Assembly (NCBI GenBank): GCA_010909165.1
Contig: MU008160.1
Location: 1,426,001 to 1,490,000 of the forward strand
Length of the DNA: 64,000 bases
Direction of reading: 5' to 3'
From: Anthoceros angustus
Taxonomy: Eukaryota; Plantae; Anthocerotophyta
Part shown: piece after piece, positions 22,633 to 35,278 of the stretch
How the letters are laid out: each line of letters opens with the position of its first letter
How positions within the stretch are numbered: position 1 is the stretch's first letter
Made by a program: the position numbers and the translations under genes
The notes under the pieces: generated by a model
The model's input: only the letters and a program-made list of their open reading frames with translations
Database searches by the model: none
Told to the model about the DNA's origin: nothing

Positions 22633-25600
22633 TTGCGGGGAGCTACAGCTGAGGCAAGCTCTGCCAGTCCTTTACCACATCTGTTCAGGATGATGAAGGC
22701 ACAGGCTCAGGAGGTCGCAAATGTCAGAGCGGAATTGTTAAGGCAGCGTGAGCACAGTCTAAGAACTACAGGAGGGGTTAAGCCTAGCAGACCACAGCCA
22801 TATGCTGGTGAAAGGGATTCCACGAAGTTGGAGGAGTGGATTGATAAAACTGATCAGTATATGTTGCTTGCAAATGTTGGAATCGAAAGACAGGTAGAGA
22901 TGGTTGCGTCTTTTCTCACCGGAACAGCGGCATTATGGTGGCAAACAGGTTAGCGATTCGAAGAGTCATTTACACCGTTGGAGAATTGGCTGAAGGATTA
23001 TGTGATTTTGCCCTAGGCGAGAGTGGGTATACGAGATCGTTTGAGCAAATTGACTGGCGTGGAGTAGCAAAGTATACTGATGAGTTTTTGGAACTTGTGC
23101 TTTCGATACCAGATATGCAGAGAAGGAACAAGTGGATCGATATTTGCGGGGGTTAAAATCTCACATATACAGTGAGGTCGATCTGCGTTCTAACAAGGAT
23201 TCGTTGGATGAGGTTATAAGACTTGCAGATCGAATCGAAGCACACAAGTCTGGAGGACAAGGTGGTACGTTGCAGCGGAATACTCAACCTTGGGTTCCAT
23301 GGGTAATGACGAAATCTGGAGATAGTGTTAATACGCAGCAAAGGTCTGAGGTTGTGCCGATGGAGTTAGGGGCCACGCAATTTCCAGGTAGATGTTATTC
23401 TCGTGGCAGGTATGGACATAGGGCTCAGGAGTGTCGGGGAGGGTTCAAAGTTAGAGGAACTCAGAGTGGTGCTGCTAATCAAAGGAGGCAACTGAACACA
23501 GTACAGATTGAAGAGGAAAATGCTGATATTTCGAAGTTACCAGTTGGTAAGAGATCTGTGTACTCCACCTTGTATGCTATTCGTGCAGCGGGGTTAATTC
23601 GGGTCCCAGTCATGATTAAAGGGACACGTGCTATCTTGCTTGTAGATTCGGGAGCTAGTGCTAACTTTCTGTCGTATGACTTTGCTCAGAAGCATAACAT
23701 CATGGCTACGTCTGATGGGGGGCCTGTGTTCTTTGCTGATGGACATCAAGCGCCGATAGCATCTCAATTTAGTCAGGCAGTGGATGTAAATATTGAAGGT
23801 AGTCAGCATAAGATGTCCTTTGTAGTAACACAGTTACAAATTGCATGTGACGGTATCTTGGGGATGCCCTAGTTAGAGGCAAATCAGCCTTGTATCAATT
23901 ATTGGAGACGTAAAGCTATGACCTTCTGGAACTCAGGACGAGAGTACAAGGTACAAGGAGAGCAGGCTGTACCTCAAGTACAGTTAGTGTCAGCAGCCAC
24001 AATTCTTTCTAGCTTTAAGAACAAGCAAACCCATGGTCTGTTGTATGTAGTTCGGACAGCTCAGGAAACACCCTCTAAGGAGTCTGGTGTTACAAAGCTA
24101 CTAGATAAATTTGAGGATGTGTTGGTCTCGAATTGCCTTCTGGATTACCCCCGGATCGGACCATTTCACATAAAATTGATTTAATTGAAGGAAAGCATAA
24201 ACCGCCGTGCAAACTGTTTATAAGATGTCACTAGTGGAAATTGCCGAGTCTCGGCGACAAGTGGAGGAGTTGCTTAAGAAGGGTTTTATTCGACCATCAC
24301 AATCACCGTTTGGAGCTTCCATTCTATTTGCTAAAAAGAAGGATGGAGGGCTGCGGATGTGTGTAGATTACATGACATTGAATAATCTAACAAAACGCAA
24401 CAGCTATCCCCTTCCGCGGATAGATGAGATGCTTGAAAAGCTAGTAGGAGCTAAGTACTTTACCAAACTAGATTTGGCTTCAGGGTATCATCAGATCAGG
24501 GTACATTCCCAGGATGTTGAAAAAACAGCTTTCAACACATGGTATGGACATTATGAGTGGTTGGTGATGCCCTTTGGCATGACCAATGCACGGAACCTTT
24601 CAGTCATTAATGAATGAAATATTCGCTGATTTACTGGAACATGGTGTGCTGGTATATATGGATGACCTGCTCTTATATACGACAACAAAGCTAGACCATG
24701 AGGTACTACTAGAGAAAGTGTTACAGTGGTTACGTCAGAATAAGCTCTATGTTAAGAGAAGCAAATGTACGTTCATGGCTTCTCAGGTGGAGTATTTGGG
24801 TCACCTGGTGGGGGCAGATGGAATTCAAGTTGACCACCACAAAATTAAAATGTCAATGATGGCAGTTCAAGGAATGAGATTGATCATTTTGGGTTTGGCC
24901 AGCTATTACAGACGGTTCATTCGAGCTTTTTCACAGATGGCTGCACCACTTACTGGTTTACTCAAAGGTGGTCGGGAATGGAAGTGGACAGAAGAATGTG
25001 CAAAGGCTTTTGCAATGTTGAAAACAGCTCTTACTACGGCACCCGTGTTAGCCCATCACGACCTTTGAAAAACATTTGTAGTTACAGATGCAGTGTCTGT
25101 TTGTTGAGCGATCTTTGCAGCAGATTGTGGACGGGGGCATCTGACCAGTAGCTTTTTGATGAAAATTAAGGATCTTGAGTTGAACTATTCGGTACATGAG
25201 AAAAAGCTCTATATGTTGAAGAAGCAAATGTCGTTCAGCTTCTGGTGGAGTATGGGTCTGGTGAGGCAGATGGAATTGAGTTGACCACCACAAAATTAAA
25301 ATGTCAATGAGTGGCAGTTCAAGGAATGTTAGGATTCGATCATTTTGGGTTTGGCGGCTATTTCGAGCAGTTCATTCGAGCTTTTTCACGGATGCACCAC
25401 TTGGTTTACTCAAGGTGGTGGGAATGGAAGTGGGGAAAGAATGTGCAAAGGCTTTTGCAATGTTGAAACTTGACTCTTACTACGGCACCGTGTTAGCCCA
25501 TCACGACCTTTGAAAAAAACATTTGTAGTTACAGATGCGGTACGGCTGTTTGAGCGATGTCTTTGCAGGATTGTGGACGGGGCATACCTTGATAGCTTTT

Positions 25601-25812
25601 TCGATGAAAATTAAGGATCTTGAGTTGAACTATTCGGTACATGAGAAAGAAGCTCTAGCTCAGGTGTTGGCATTAAAGCATTGGAGATGTTATCTTGAAG
25701 GACCTCTGTTCACTTTGGAAACAGATCACAGCCCTTTGAAGTACCTGCAGACTCAACCTCACTTATCTCGTAAGCAGGCCCGATGGTTAGAGTTTTTTCA
25801 GCAATTCCATTT
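22633..25812 (+). pseudogene. Chromovirus gag-protease-RT-RNase H, with frameshifts, stops and a ~460-bp duplication
   Basis: Gag KPSRPQPYAGERD..LEEWI, knuckle CYSRGRYGHRAQEC, protease [67 protein letters not shown]. 24745-25210 is repeated at 25211-25660. Confidence 0.9.
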
Positions 25813-26098
25813 CACTACTACAAAAAGCCATGCGTTAAGACGCTGGTCTTAAGACGTTCAGCTTAGCATGTTTCCTACATCTTAAACTTAAGACGGTGAG
25901 GGAAACCAAAGATGCTCGAGGCGAACGTCAAAAGGCAAGAAAGACGGCCTCAGTCCTGCATCTTTCACAGCGTCTTTTCGCACCATGAGCCCGGTCACCA
26001 TCGAACAAATTTCCGGACGTGACTTGTCATACCCAGTTCTTGTCCATTTCCGTGCACGGTCCGTAGCAGGCAGAGCACACAGAGGGGGCCGTTGAGTT

Positions 26099-29000
26099 TT
26101 GGTGGGTGGCACGATGGCAATAGCCGTTGGCCGTCCGCCAACGGTACCTTGCCGGCGGGTAAGTCGTCGAACCCACGTCCCCAATCCCGCTCGGGGAAGC
26201 GGACTGCAATTTCCAGCCATGGCTGCTCCGAGCACTTTTCGTCAAATCCCTTCAATGTATTGTCCTTGCCCGGATTGCGAGGGGAGGAACCACACAATTC
26301 GAGCGGACATCTCTCGCCGACATGTCGTTAAGTGGCAAAGGCTTCGCGCAGAGGTGGAAATTGGCAAACCTTGCCCCTTTTGTTTTGTTGCAGATGCATC
26401 TGGATGTAGATCATTGGGGAGTCATGAGCTAAGGGCATCTATTTTTACATGGGCTATACGGCTCGGGCTTCCGGTGATTGCAGAAGAGGTGCCCGTGCTC
26501 TTCCGAGAGTCGACTGATGAGGCTCCTCAGCGATTCATGATTCGGGCGTGGGGGTGAGTGACAGTGACAACGCATCTTCTGACCAGGATTTTGCGAACAT
26601 GGAAGACACGGGTGATAGTGGTCGTGGCCTGCCCCCTTATCTCCTTTCCGCCACTATTCCCAACTCCGAAGCATCACTTCAGGCTGAGTCTAACATCCCG
26701 CTCTGGGATTGCAAGCAGCCTGCCAAATCGCAACAAAGTAGGCTCTCTGCCACCTTGGCTTTATTCTTCATCCAAGAGCGCTTCCGCATATCAGACACTG
26801 CCATATCTGCAATCTTTGGTCTGCTATCCTCCACAATGCTGCCCTCGGACAATTGCTTACCGTCGACTCATCGAAGCACGACGTGCTGCTTCTTGGTCGA
26901 CGCTTGCGAGGATCGATGCATGTGAAGGGCGCACAATTTTTGGGCGATTGCAAGCGGAACAACCTGCCTTGCATGCGTGGAACCCCGTTATCGAGCTGGT
27001 GTGGCTGGAGCTACAATCCCGCGCAAGACCCTGTTCCACTTTCCAATCATTGAGCGCCTTCAGAGGCTTTTTGGAAGTGCGAAATCGGCAAAGGAGCTGA
27101 CCTGGTTTGCTTCGAATAAGAGCACCGATGGGAAATTCAGGATTATGGCAGATACCCCGGCCTGGAAACGTCTTGATGAAATTGATGGGTTTGGGCGAGA
27201 GGATAGAAACATCCGACTTGGGATTTGCACAGATGGTATCAATCCCTCCGGTCACCGTTCATCGGCTTATTCCATTTGGCCAGTTTTATTGATCTTGCAT
27301 AACCTCCCACCATGGATTGCTACCAAGAGGCACTGGTTGCTTATGCCTATCATTGTGCCCGGCCCGAAGCAGGCTGCGAATATGGACGTCTATTTAGAAC
27401 CCCTTTTGCAAGAACTAGCGCTCTTGTGGAAAGGCGTGCCTATTGTGGACCACTCTAAACCATTGGGGGACCCAACACGCAATTTCACCCTGCGGGCTGG
27501 ATTGTTGAATGCTACCTGTGATTACCCTGGACTTGGGAGCCTGTTTGGTTTACAAGTACGTGGGTATGGATGCTGTGTAGACTGTGGGCATGGCCTGCAA
27601 CCAAGATGGTCACATGCACTGGAAAAGTTAATCTGCGATGGAAACAGGAGGTGGGCCACCTCTATGCGTGATCCTCGACGCCGAGAAGACCGAGAATTTT
27701 TCAATAATGAAATTGAGGACAGGGCTCGCCCGGTCCCAGTCATAGTGCAAGACATTGTGGCAGAGATGAACAGGTGGGCAAATGCTACAGCGGATGAGCG
27801 GGCAAATGTTCAAGCATGGAGAGTGAAGCGGAAATCTAGGTTCATTGATCATTTGCCATACATGACACAGGCCCACAAAATGTGGCTCAAAGATGTAATG
27901 CATGTTGAAGTGAATAATTGTCAGGTATTTTGGAAGCTTTTTACGGGAAAGGGAGATACTCAGAAAGCAAGAGTAGACTTGGAAGATGCCGATTCCAAGC
28001 CATGGCTATGGCTAGTTCAAGACAATGACGAGCACACTTGCCCCATGCAAGTTACACTTTGCACAGGCGAGATCTAGGCACGGGGAATCGCGCCGCAAAG
28101 CCACCTACAGGTATGGGATCAAACTTGGGAACATGTTTTAAGGGTGCCAAAGTCACTGGACTCAAGAGCCATGATTGGCATTTATTGATGCAGTATTTCC
28201 TACCCATAGCCCTTCGAGGATATTTAGACGGTCCTGAATACAAGGCTTTCATAGGCCTAAGCTCAATCTATCGATGGTTGTGTCAAAAGGCAATCAAGGT
28301 CAGCGACATACCATCAATGAAGACAAAGGTGGTTGACATCATGATCAAATTAGAGAAGTATTATCCGAGTACCATATGGAATCCAATGCAACATTTAATC
28401 ATGCACTTGGTGGATGAGGTTGAAACTCATGGGCCAATTACATAGTAGGTGGATGTACCCCTTGAGCATATGCATGTCTTGAAACAAGTGCGCCAAAAAG
28501 CTCGGCCTGAAGAAGCATGGCAACAAGGTACCTTGCGAAACTATGCTCATTACTGAGAGTACATGCGAAGGCTCCAGTTCATGCACACCTATTTAACTTC
28601 ACCGGAGATGATTGGGCAGTTGAACGACCCATTGGTAAAGCAACGCATAAGACCCTTGAAGCCGAGGACCACTTGCGATTACATTGGTATTTTATACTGC
28701 ACTCTGCCATTATGGACCCGATTCGGGATGGTATGGATGAGGGGGACGGCATACGGTGGTTGCGAGAAGGCGTGCAGGTTGGCCGATGGGCACATTTACC
28801 TGCTTACAGTGCCATCGAGTCTATTGTCAGTGGGCCACGACTCTCAGTAAATACATACCGGGGTCTCGAGACCATGGGGTTCCACTACCGTACAATGGCA
28901 GGACATAGCCATCGAGTTGCAACCCAAGACAGCTGGGTGCAAGGCAAATTCGATATGGATGATGGTACAAAACAGTTCTTCGGCCAGATTGAAGAGATCA

Positions 29001-29290
29001 TTGATGTGGAGTTTGATATCGGTGAGCTACAAGCTTATGTCTTTAATGTGAAGTGGTATGAATGCAGCACCACTAATTGCCCCCGGAGCATGGAGGAAGA
29101 CTTCAGTGGGTTCATGGCTGTTGATACCACTAAACTATACACATATGGGCGCGATAGCAAAGTGGGGCCGTTTGCCTTCCCCAAGCATTTAACTCAAGTG
29201 CTGGCCCATCCAGATGTTATGCCAAGGCGGAAAGGCTGGGTAATATGTACTGAAGTACCACCACGATGGGACAGCGAGCTCGAGCCGTGA
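26099..29290 (+). pseudogene. CACTA transposase (transposase-associated domain, Transposase_21/TnpD, DUF4218, DUF4216), frameshifted
   Basis: CPCPDC; RNIRLGICTDGINP..YSIWPVLLILHNLPPW..GPKQAANMDVYLEPLLQEL..LWKGV; GLKSHDWHLLMQYFLPIAL..MQHLIMHLVDEVETHGP; FFGQIEEIIDVEF..VFNVKWY. Confidence 0.9.
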
Positions 29291-29409
29291 GTCAGCCAGC
29301 ACGGACGATCACGCGATTTTAATGTTCAATGACATGCCACTGTGGGGCTACTGCACTGGCAGGCTGTAGACTTTGACCATGCTCCACACCTGTTGACTGG
29401 TCCCATTAA

Positions 29410-31730
29410 ATGAATGATGATTTCGTGTTACAAGCAGCCTCAATGGTTGGCCATGTCCCATCGGGTAGTGGCATGGAACCAGAGTCACAGCCCATCGATG
29501 TTGAACATGTGCCAGAGCAATCGGGTCCGACCAACGAAGTAGAAACCACTGAGATCATTGTCACGACGATCCATAGCACTCAGCTTGGCACACTGCATGC
29601 TGCAACAACATCAGATCGTGATGATGAAGAGGTCACATCTCACAACATGGAAAGCAAAGGCATTGTGCTGTGGCTGAGGTTGAGGTGCTGTGATTGTTTG
29701 TTCCTTTCTGCTCCATGGAACCCCGAGGACTTGAGGAGATGTCCGCGGCATGCGCATCTAGAAATCCCTCCGCCAACAAGCCCTTGATTTGCACCCAGTG
29801 CATTGTGCTGGTCGTGGTGCTGAGCTTTGGAGCCCAATCAGCTCTCGGCCCGGGTCCGGACAGAGACCATGGAAAACTCATCACAAGTAAGAGATTGCAG
29901 AAACGGGTAAGACGTCATATGCGTGTTTCAGTTGTTGAGTCGTGATGAATTCGCAACCATGCCTAGTTGTCTGTCTTCTGAAAGCTCACGACCAGACTTT
30001 GCATTTGGCGCCTTTTCTTAGCTGGATTTTGAACATGGGGTGCGCCGGGGAACCACCCATCCTGCTCGGGTCCATGAACTATTTCAGTTTTTTGTCTGCA
30101 TGGTTTTGTGGGCTCTTTCACAAGAAATGGCTGGGACATGGGAGGGAGAATGGGGAAGGGCTCTTGGAGGAAATGGAGTGCTCTGATTCTGGTGAGTCGA
30201 AGGAGCACATGCCACAAACCTCAGCTAGTTCTGAGGAACATGATGCAGACTCTGATTCTGAGGATGATGAAGGGGAGGATTGTGAGGGGAACCAAGAGGA
30301 GCAAGCTGGATTGGATGCACAGTGGGGCAAGAACTACAAGGAACGTGGAGGGAAAAACAAGCAAGGTGAGCCACCCCAATGATGTTGGCTCTCCATGAAA
30401 TTCTTCGTCCATATGCACCTGCAGACATAGTTCGTTCCTTGGTCAGGACACATGGAGTGCTAGTGATACAGGCATTGTTAGTGAGGGTTTGTGCTGAGGA
30501 GGGATCCGGTGCACCATCGCAAGGAGACCGTGATGATGTGACGGGCGGAGTTTTGGGACAGACGAAGCTAGAGTTGGAGAAGCGCATTCGGGATTTGTGT
30601 GTCAGCCGGCTTACAATCTTGAAGCCTTAGACATCACATGCAATGCAGCTAAGGGAGGAGCTAATGGGGATAGTGACAAGGGTTTCCATGACAAGCCAGA
30701 GCTTTTGAAGCACAAATTTTCTAGTGTGCAGATAGGCCGGAATTTTTCACTTCGGCTGAAGTTGAAGAGGGCAGCCAAGGATTTGAGAGAACGTGGGGAG
30801 GTGGCTCCCAAGCCATCGTCTGTGACTGAGGAGGCCTGGGATAAGGCCGTGAAGTGGGCATGCACAGAATACGAGCGGGGCAACGGGGAGTGGCCAAGGC
30901 CACAACAGCAGACAGCGGTGGAGGCTCGAATCATGAAGCACGGCACAGCCGCTACAAATCCTTTTGGCCGAGCAGGCATTGACAAATTTGCTGAGAGATT
31001 TCGAAAGGTATGGGGCAGGGAACCAAGTAAGGCAGAGGCTCGATGGGGGGCACATAATTCGGTGGAAAGGATGCCTGAGTTCTGGGATGCTCGGTCAGTG
31101 CGAGCCGGTAAGTGTATATTGTACTTGATTGCTTCTTCCTGAATGGCTACGTTGCACTTACATGGGTACTTGATGTCCATCAGCAGATACTTTGGTTGGA
31201 ACACCAGTTGAGGAGGAGGGAGATCCCATTTCTTTGGAGAGGAGGTTGGCATTTAACTTAGTAGAGACGGTCATGGAAATGCAAATCGAAACACCGGTTG
31301 ACAATCATGTCAAGCTCAAGAACAAGAGGCACAAGAACAAGCGACAGGTGGGATTTGCTCTTGTTCAGGCTTCTCATATGTAAATTTGGTAAGCGGGCAG
31401 CCGTAGGTCATCCCGTCTAACACAGGACGAGTCCTGTAGGTGAAAAGCTGGGATTTGCTCTTGTTCAGCCTTCTCATATGTAAATTTGGTAAGCGGGCAG
31501 CCGTAGGTCATCCCGTCTAACACAGGATGAGTCCTGTAGGTGAAAACACGCAATCTCAACGTGCTTGGAGGTGGCTCATGCACAAGTGTCCAGGAGGAGC
31601 ATGGCCGGTACACGCAGAAATCTTCAACAGGCAAAAGGAAGCACGGTGCAAGGTCCAAGGAAGCTAAGGAAGGCAGGAAGGAGAAGCATTCGAAGGCACG
31701 AGATGTTTCATTTTCGGCTTCTCGGTATAC
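29410..31730 (+). CDS. CACTA second gene (TnpA/Transposase_24-like), probably spliced
   Basis: Acidic segments plus KPSSVTEEAWDKAVKW..HGTAATNPFGRAGI, resembling the PTTA/Transposase_24 region. Exon limits not resolved. A ~101-bp tandem duplication lies at 31348-31546. Confidence 0.5.
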
Positions 31731-32136
31731 ATAGTCTTAACCTTCATGGTCTTTCTTGTTGAGACTTAGGTATCAATCCCATATGTGGATCTATGGATAC
31801 TATGATCATGCGGTGATCATAAATAAAAGCCGTATCATAAGCGGTCAATTAGCGTAAATTATAATGACATCTAACATGATCGAGTTACCATGAAACTCTC
31901 ACTAATGGTTTGAACATGCAAGAATATACCTTGCCAAACATTAAAATATTCTTTATGCGGTCATGTTTGTGGCATGTATCGGTCATGGAGGTCACCATTA
32001 TCGTCTGGCGTGTCTGGGACAAGCGAGCCCGTGCGGCACCGAGTCTGTGCGTCTTGCTTACACAGGCTCGGGCCACCTGCGATATTCGATGTCTTGTATG
32101 GAAAAGCAGCGTCGTAATGCCCGGTGGCTCGGGGTG

Positions 32137-33050
32137 TGATCTGGACTTGGAAACCCTGTTGGGACGTGCACAGAGTGTTTTTTGTTTTTGGCGAGTGTGG
32201 TGTGAAAATAAGTCGGGTTGACAGTGGGCAGAGGTATTTATAGAAGAAATGTCCTTGGCCTATGGTTTCTTTTTTCTTGTTTTGATTTTTAGGTTAGAAA
32301 ATAAATGGTCCGGGAACTTGGTGTTCCTTGGCCCATGGACTTGGAAGGTCCCCTAAAAAGTCTATATATGTGAGATAGGGGGGGGTTGGAACAATTAGAG
32401 TGTGATAGGTCTATAAGTTTGGGGTCGTAGCCAAGGCGGCCGAATGATAGTGTGGGGTTGTGGATTGGGATGCGGGGAAGCGGTCGTAAGAGTCGAGCAG
32501 GGAGTAGGGGAACACAGGAAACTTAACCTAGGAAATAGCAATCCGTTCGGCCAGGCTGTAGCGTCTGGGCGAGCAAACAATGAGGCCTGCTTGGGCTGGA
32601 GTGTGACGAAGTCGAGCGGCGGGCAGCAGTCACGATCTGCGGGGAGGGGCCTTGAGTCGCACTTACGGAGGAGGGCTTGAACACAGTGGCCAGTCGCACT
32701 TACGGAGGAGGAAGCGCGGCAGCCCAGCTCCTCGGCGAGGTAGGAACCACAGGCTGACCCACAGGCGGCCCCCAGTCGCAGAGTGGCGTTGATTTGAGCG
32801 AGGCAGGCTGTGAGAGGATGGCGCCAAGGTCTGTGTGTGCTTGCCCAATGGCGAACATGGATCATTGGAAAGTTCGATGAGGCGGTGAAGGAAAGTGGGT
32901 TTCATGGAAGAGCGGTGGAATTACATGAACACAGAATGGTGCAGTGTCTTGCGTCACACGAAGGACAAACAGCCAGTGAGGGGGATTTAGGCGAAGCCAC
33001 AGTTGGGACACAGGTGGTTAGGAGGTGTATGGGCGCGATGGGAGGAGGCG
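32137..33050 (+). mobile_element. LTR unit Z, 5' part with the N-terminus of the LTR ORF (left boundary uncertain, ~32135-32270)
   Basis: T-tract GAGTGTTTTTTGTTTT and the TCCTTGGCCC and GTCTATATATG blocks are shared with the starts of LTR-A/LTR-B. ATGGCGCCA at 32818 then AQWRTWIIGK..FMEERWNY parallels A (GPTWTIGK..FMEKKWCY) and B (AQWPN..FMDKKWCY). Confidence 0.65.
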
Positions 33051-35278
33051 GAGTGTCCCTGCGCCCACCACGTTGAGCAGAAGAGGTTGGCTCGTGGATT
33101 CGTGACGACTCTCCGCCTCTCATGTTCCTTGGCATTAAGATGGAATTTCTCGAATTTTGCCATCATCTCCTCCATCTTGTTCCCTGTTGTTCTACTTTCT
33201 TGGCTACCTCGGCCTCCCTCCTCGCTTTGTTCCGCGTCCTTTTTGCGTACATCGCCTCTGTTTTGCCCTTGCCAGCTCCTTGTTGTCCGTGCGACCCTTC
33301 ATTTCTTTTTCCATTTGGCGCTCCTCATCGATGGCGCTTCCTCCGACATCACTCGTTTCCTCCTCAGGAACTTTACGTGGAATCTTACGTGGAGCTCTCT
33401 TCACGATGAACTTTCTTAGGAGGATGAGGATCCTTCTTTTTTCCGATCTGGGCTTCTTCTTCTCCTTCTTAGCCTTCCTCCTCCCTTGCGGGTTGGATTC
33501 CTCATAGTTTAGCGCGCCTTGATAGCCTTGCCCAAATTCTTCTCCGCTTGTAACCTTACGTGTCTCCCCATCTTAGAACCCGGGCCTTTAGCGAACCACC
33601 GTGTACTGCAACTCGAGTGAGGGCCACTTGATCGCGTGGTGTGAAACCTCTCCACATCGCTGCAAGGTTTCCTTCTTTCCTCTCGCTTTTCAAGCTTGGA
33701 CAACACGTATCCCTCCACGTCAAGCCCCAGACCTCTCACAGGCGGTTTTAATTCTTCATAGGTTCTTGGAGGTGTGGGCGACTTGAGGTATTCGCCTATA
33801 CCACTTCTGGACCCCGAAGAACTCCATAGAACAATGAATCTGTGCATCTCCGCTTCTGGTTTGCAAATGTCAGCTCAAAGCGCTCAACAAATTCATCGGT
33901 CTTCATACCCTTCCCTCTCCATACGGTAAGGCTTGGTGGTGACCACCACCGGCGTGGTGGTCATGACTATCGTTCGGTATTGTGGTTGGTCAACAACGGT
34001 TCCTGCGAGTCGATTGATCTCCAGCGATGCACACTTTTGGAAGAGAGGTCGGTGGATGGAATTGGTCCGAGGTTCCTTGGCGGTGGTACCTCGTCCAAGT
34101 CCGAGGTTGGGGATCTTGCTCCAACAAGATCGGACCCCGTCCACAGTTGCTTCCTTACTTCCCTTCTCCTTCCAGCGGGTGTCTTGGACCCTCCTCAACT
34201 CGCGGTTTGCAACCCTTTTAACCTTTCCGGTGCTTGGCGTTGTCGCTTCTCGTGTGGCCTTCCGTCCCGACTTGACTCGAACCCTCGACTCAACCGTGGC
34301 ATCCATCTACCTAACTAGATACACTCCAAAACTAGACACCTAAGCTATGGTTAGTCCCCTATAACCTTGTGTTTCATTCCCGACAGCGGCCAAAATGTGG
34401 AATGGGTTTTGCATCGAAGGCAAAGAGGCCACATTTACCCTCTATGTCGTTATAGTCCTAGGATTCGATCCCAAGGGAATGGTGTTGTGTCAAGGTGTGC
34501 TAAATCTATGGATTCTAGACCTACCCGTCGCTCACTACCCCACCTTCTCCTACCTTCCAAACCCACCAGTGGTAGACTCGGCCACCGTGGCGGTTCGCAA
34601 CGTGGCGGGTCCCACCTGCGCCGCCTTCGCGAGTCTATTAAATCACCGGCTTCTCTAACACGGACCTAGGGGCTATGGGACACCATACGCCTCCTCACCT
34701 TACGGAATTTGCGATTCCACCACACGCTTCCACTCCCCCTACGCGTTTCCGATTTTCCCTCACACGCTCTCACAATCCCTCGGTAGCGCACACAACTACC
34801 CCTCAGGAACCTTTCCCTTCCCAATGAACTCTCCCTCGTCTCACGGGCCACAGACCCTCCTTGGGCCACAGACCCCTCTCTCATGGAATGAACACACAGT
34901 GGCGGCGGTTGGAAGAGGTCGATGGATGGAATTGGTCCGAGGTTCCTTGGCGGTGGTACCTCGTCCAAGTCCGAGGTTGGGGATCTTGCTCCAACAAGAT
35001 CGGACCCCCGTCCCCTGGTTGCTTCCTTACTTCCCTTCTCCTCCCAACGGGTGCGTCTTCCGGCTGGATCCTCCTCAACTCGCGGTTTGCAACCCTTTTC
35101 AACCTTTCCAGTGCTTGGCGTTGTCGCTTCTCGTGTGGCCTTCCGTCCCGACTTGACTCTGAACCCTCGACTCAACCGTGGCATCCATCTACCTAACTAG
35201 ATACACTCCAAAACTAGACACCTAAGCTATGGTTAGTCCCCTATAACCTTGACGGTTTCATTCCCGACAGCGCCAAAA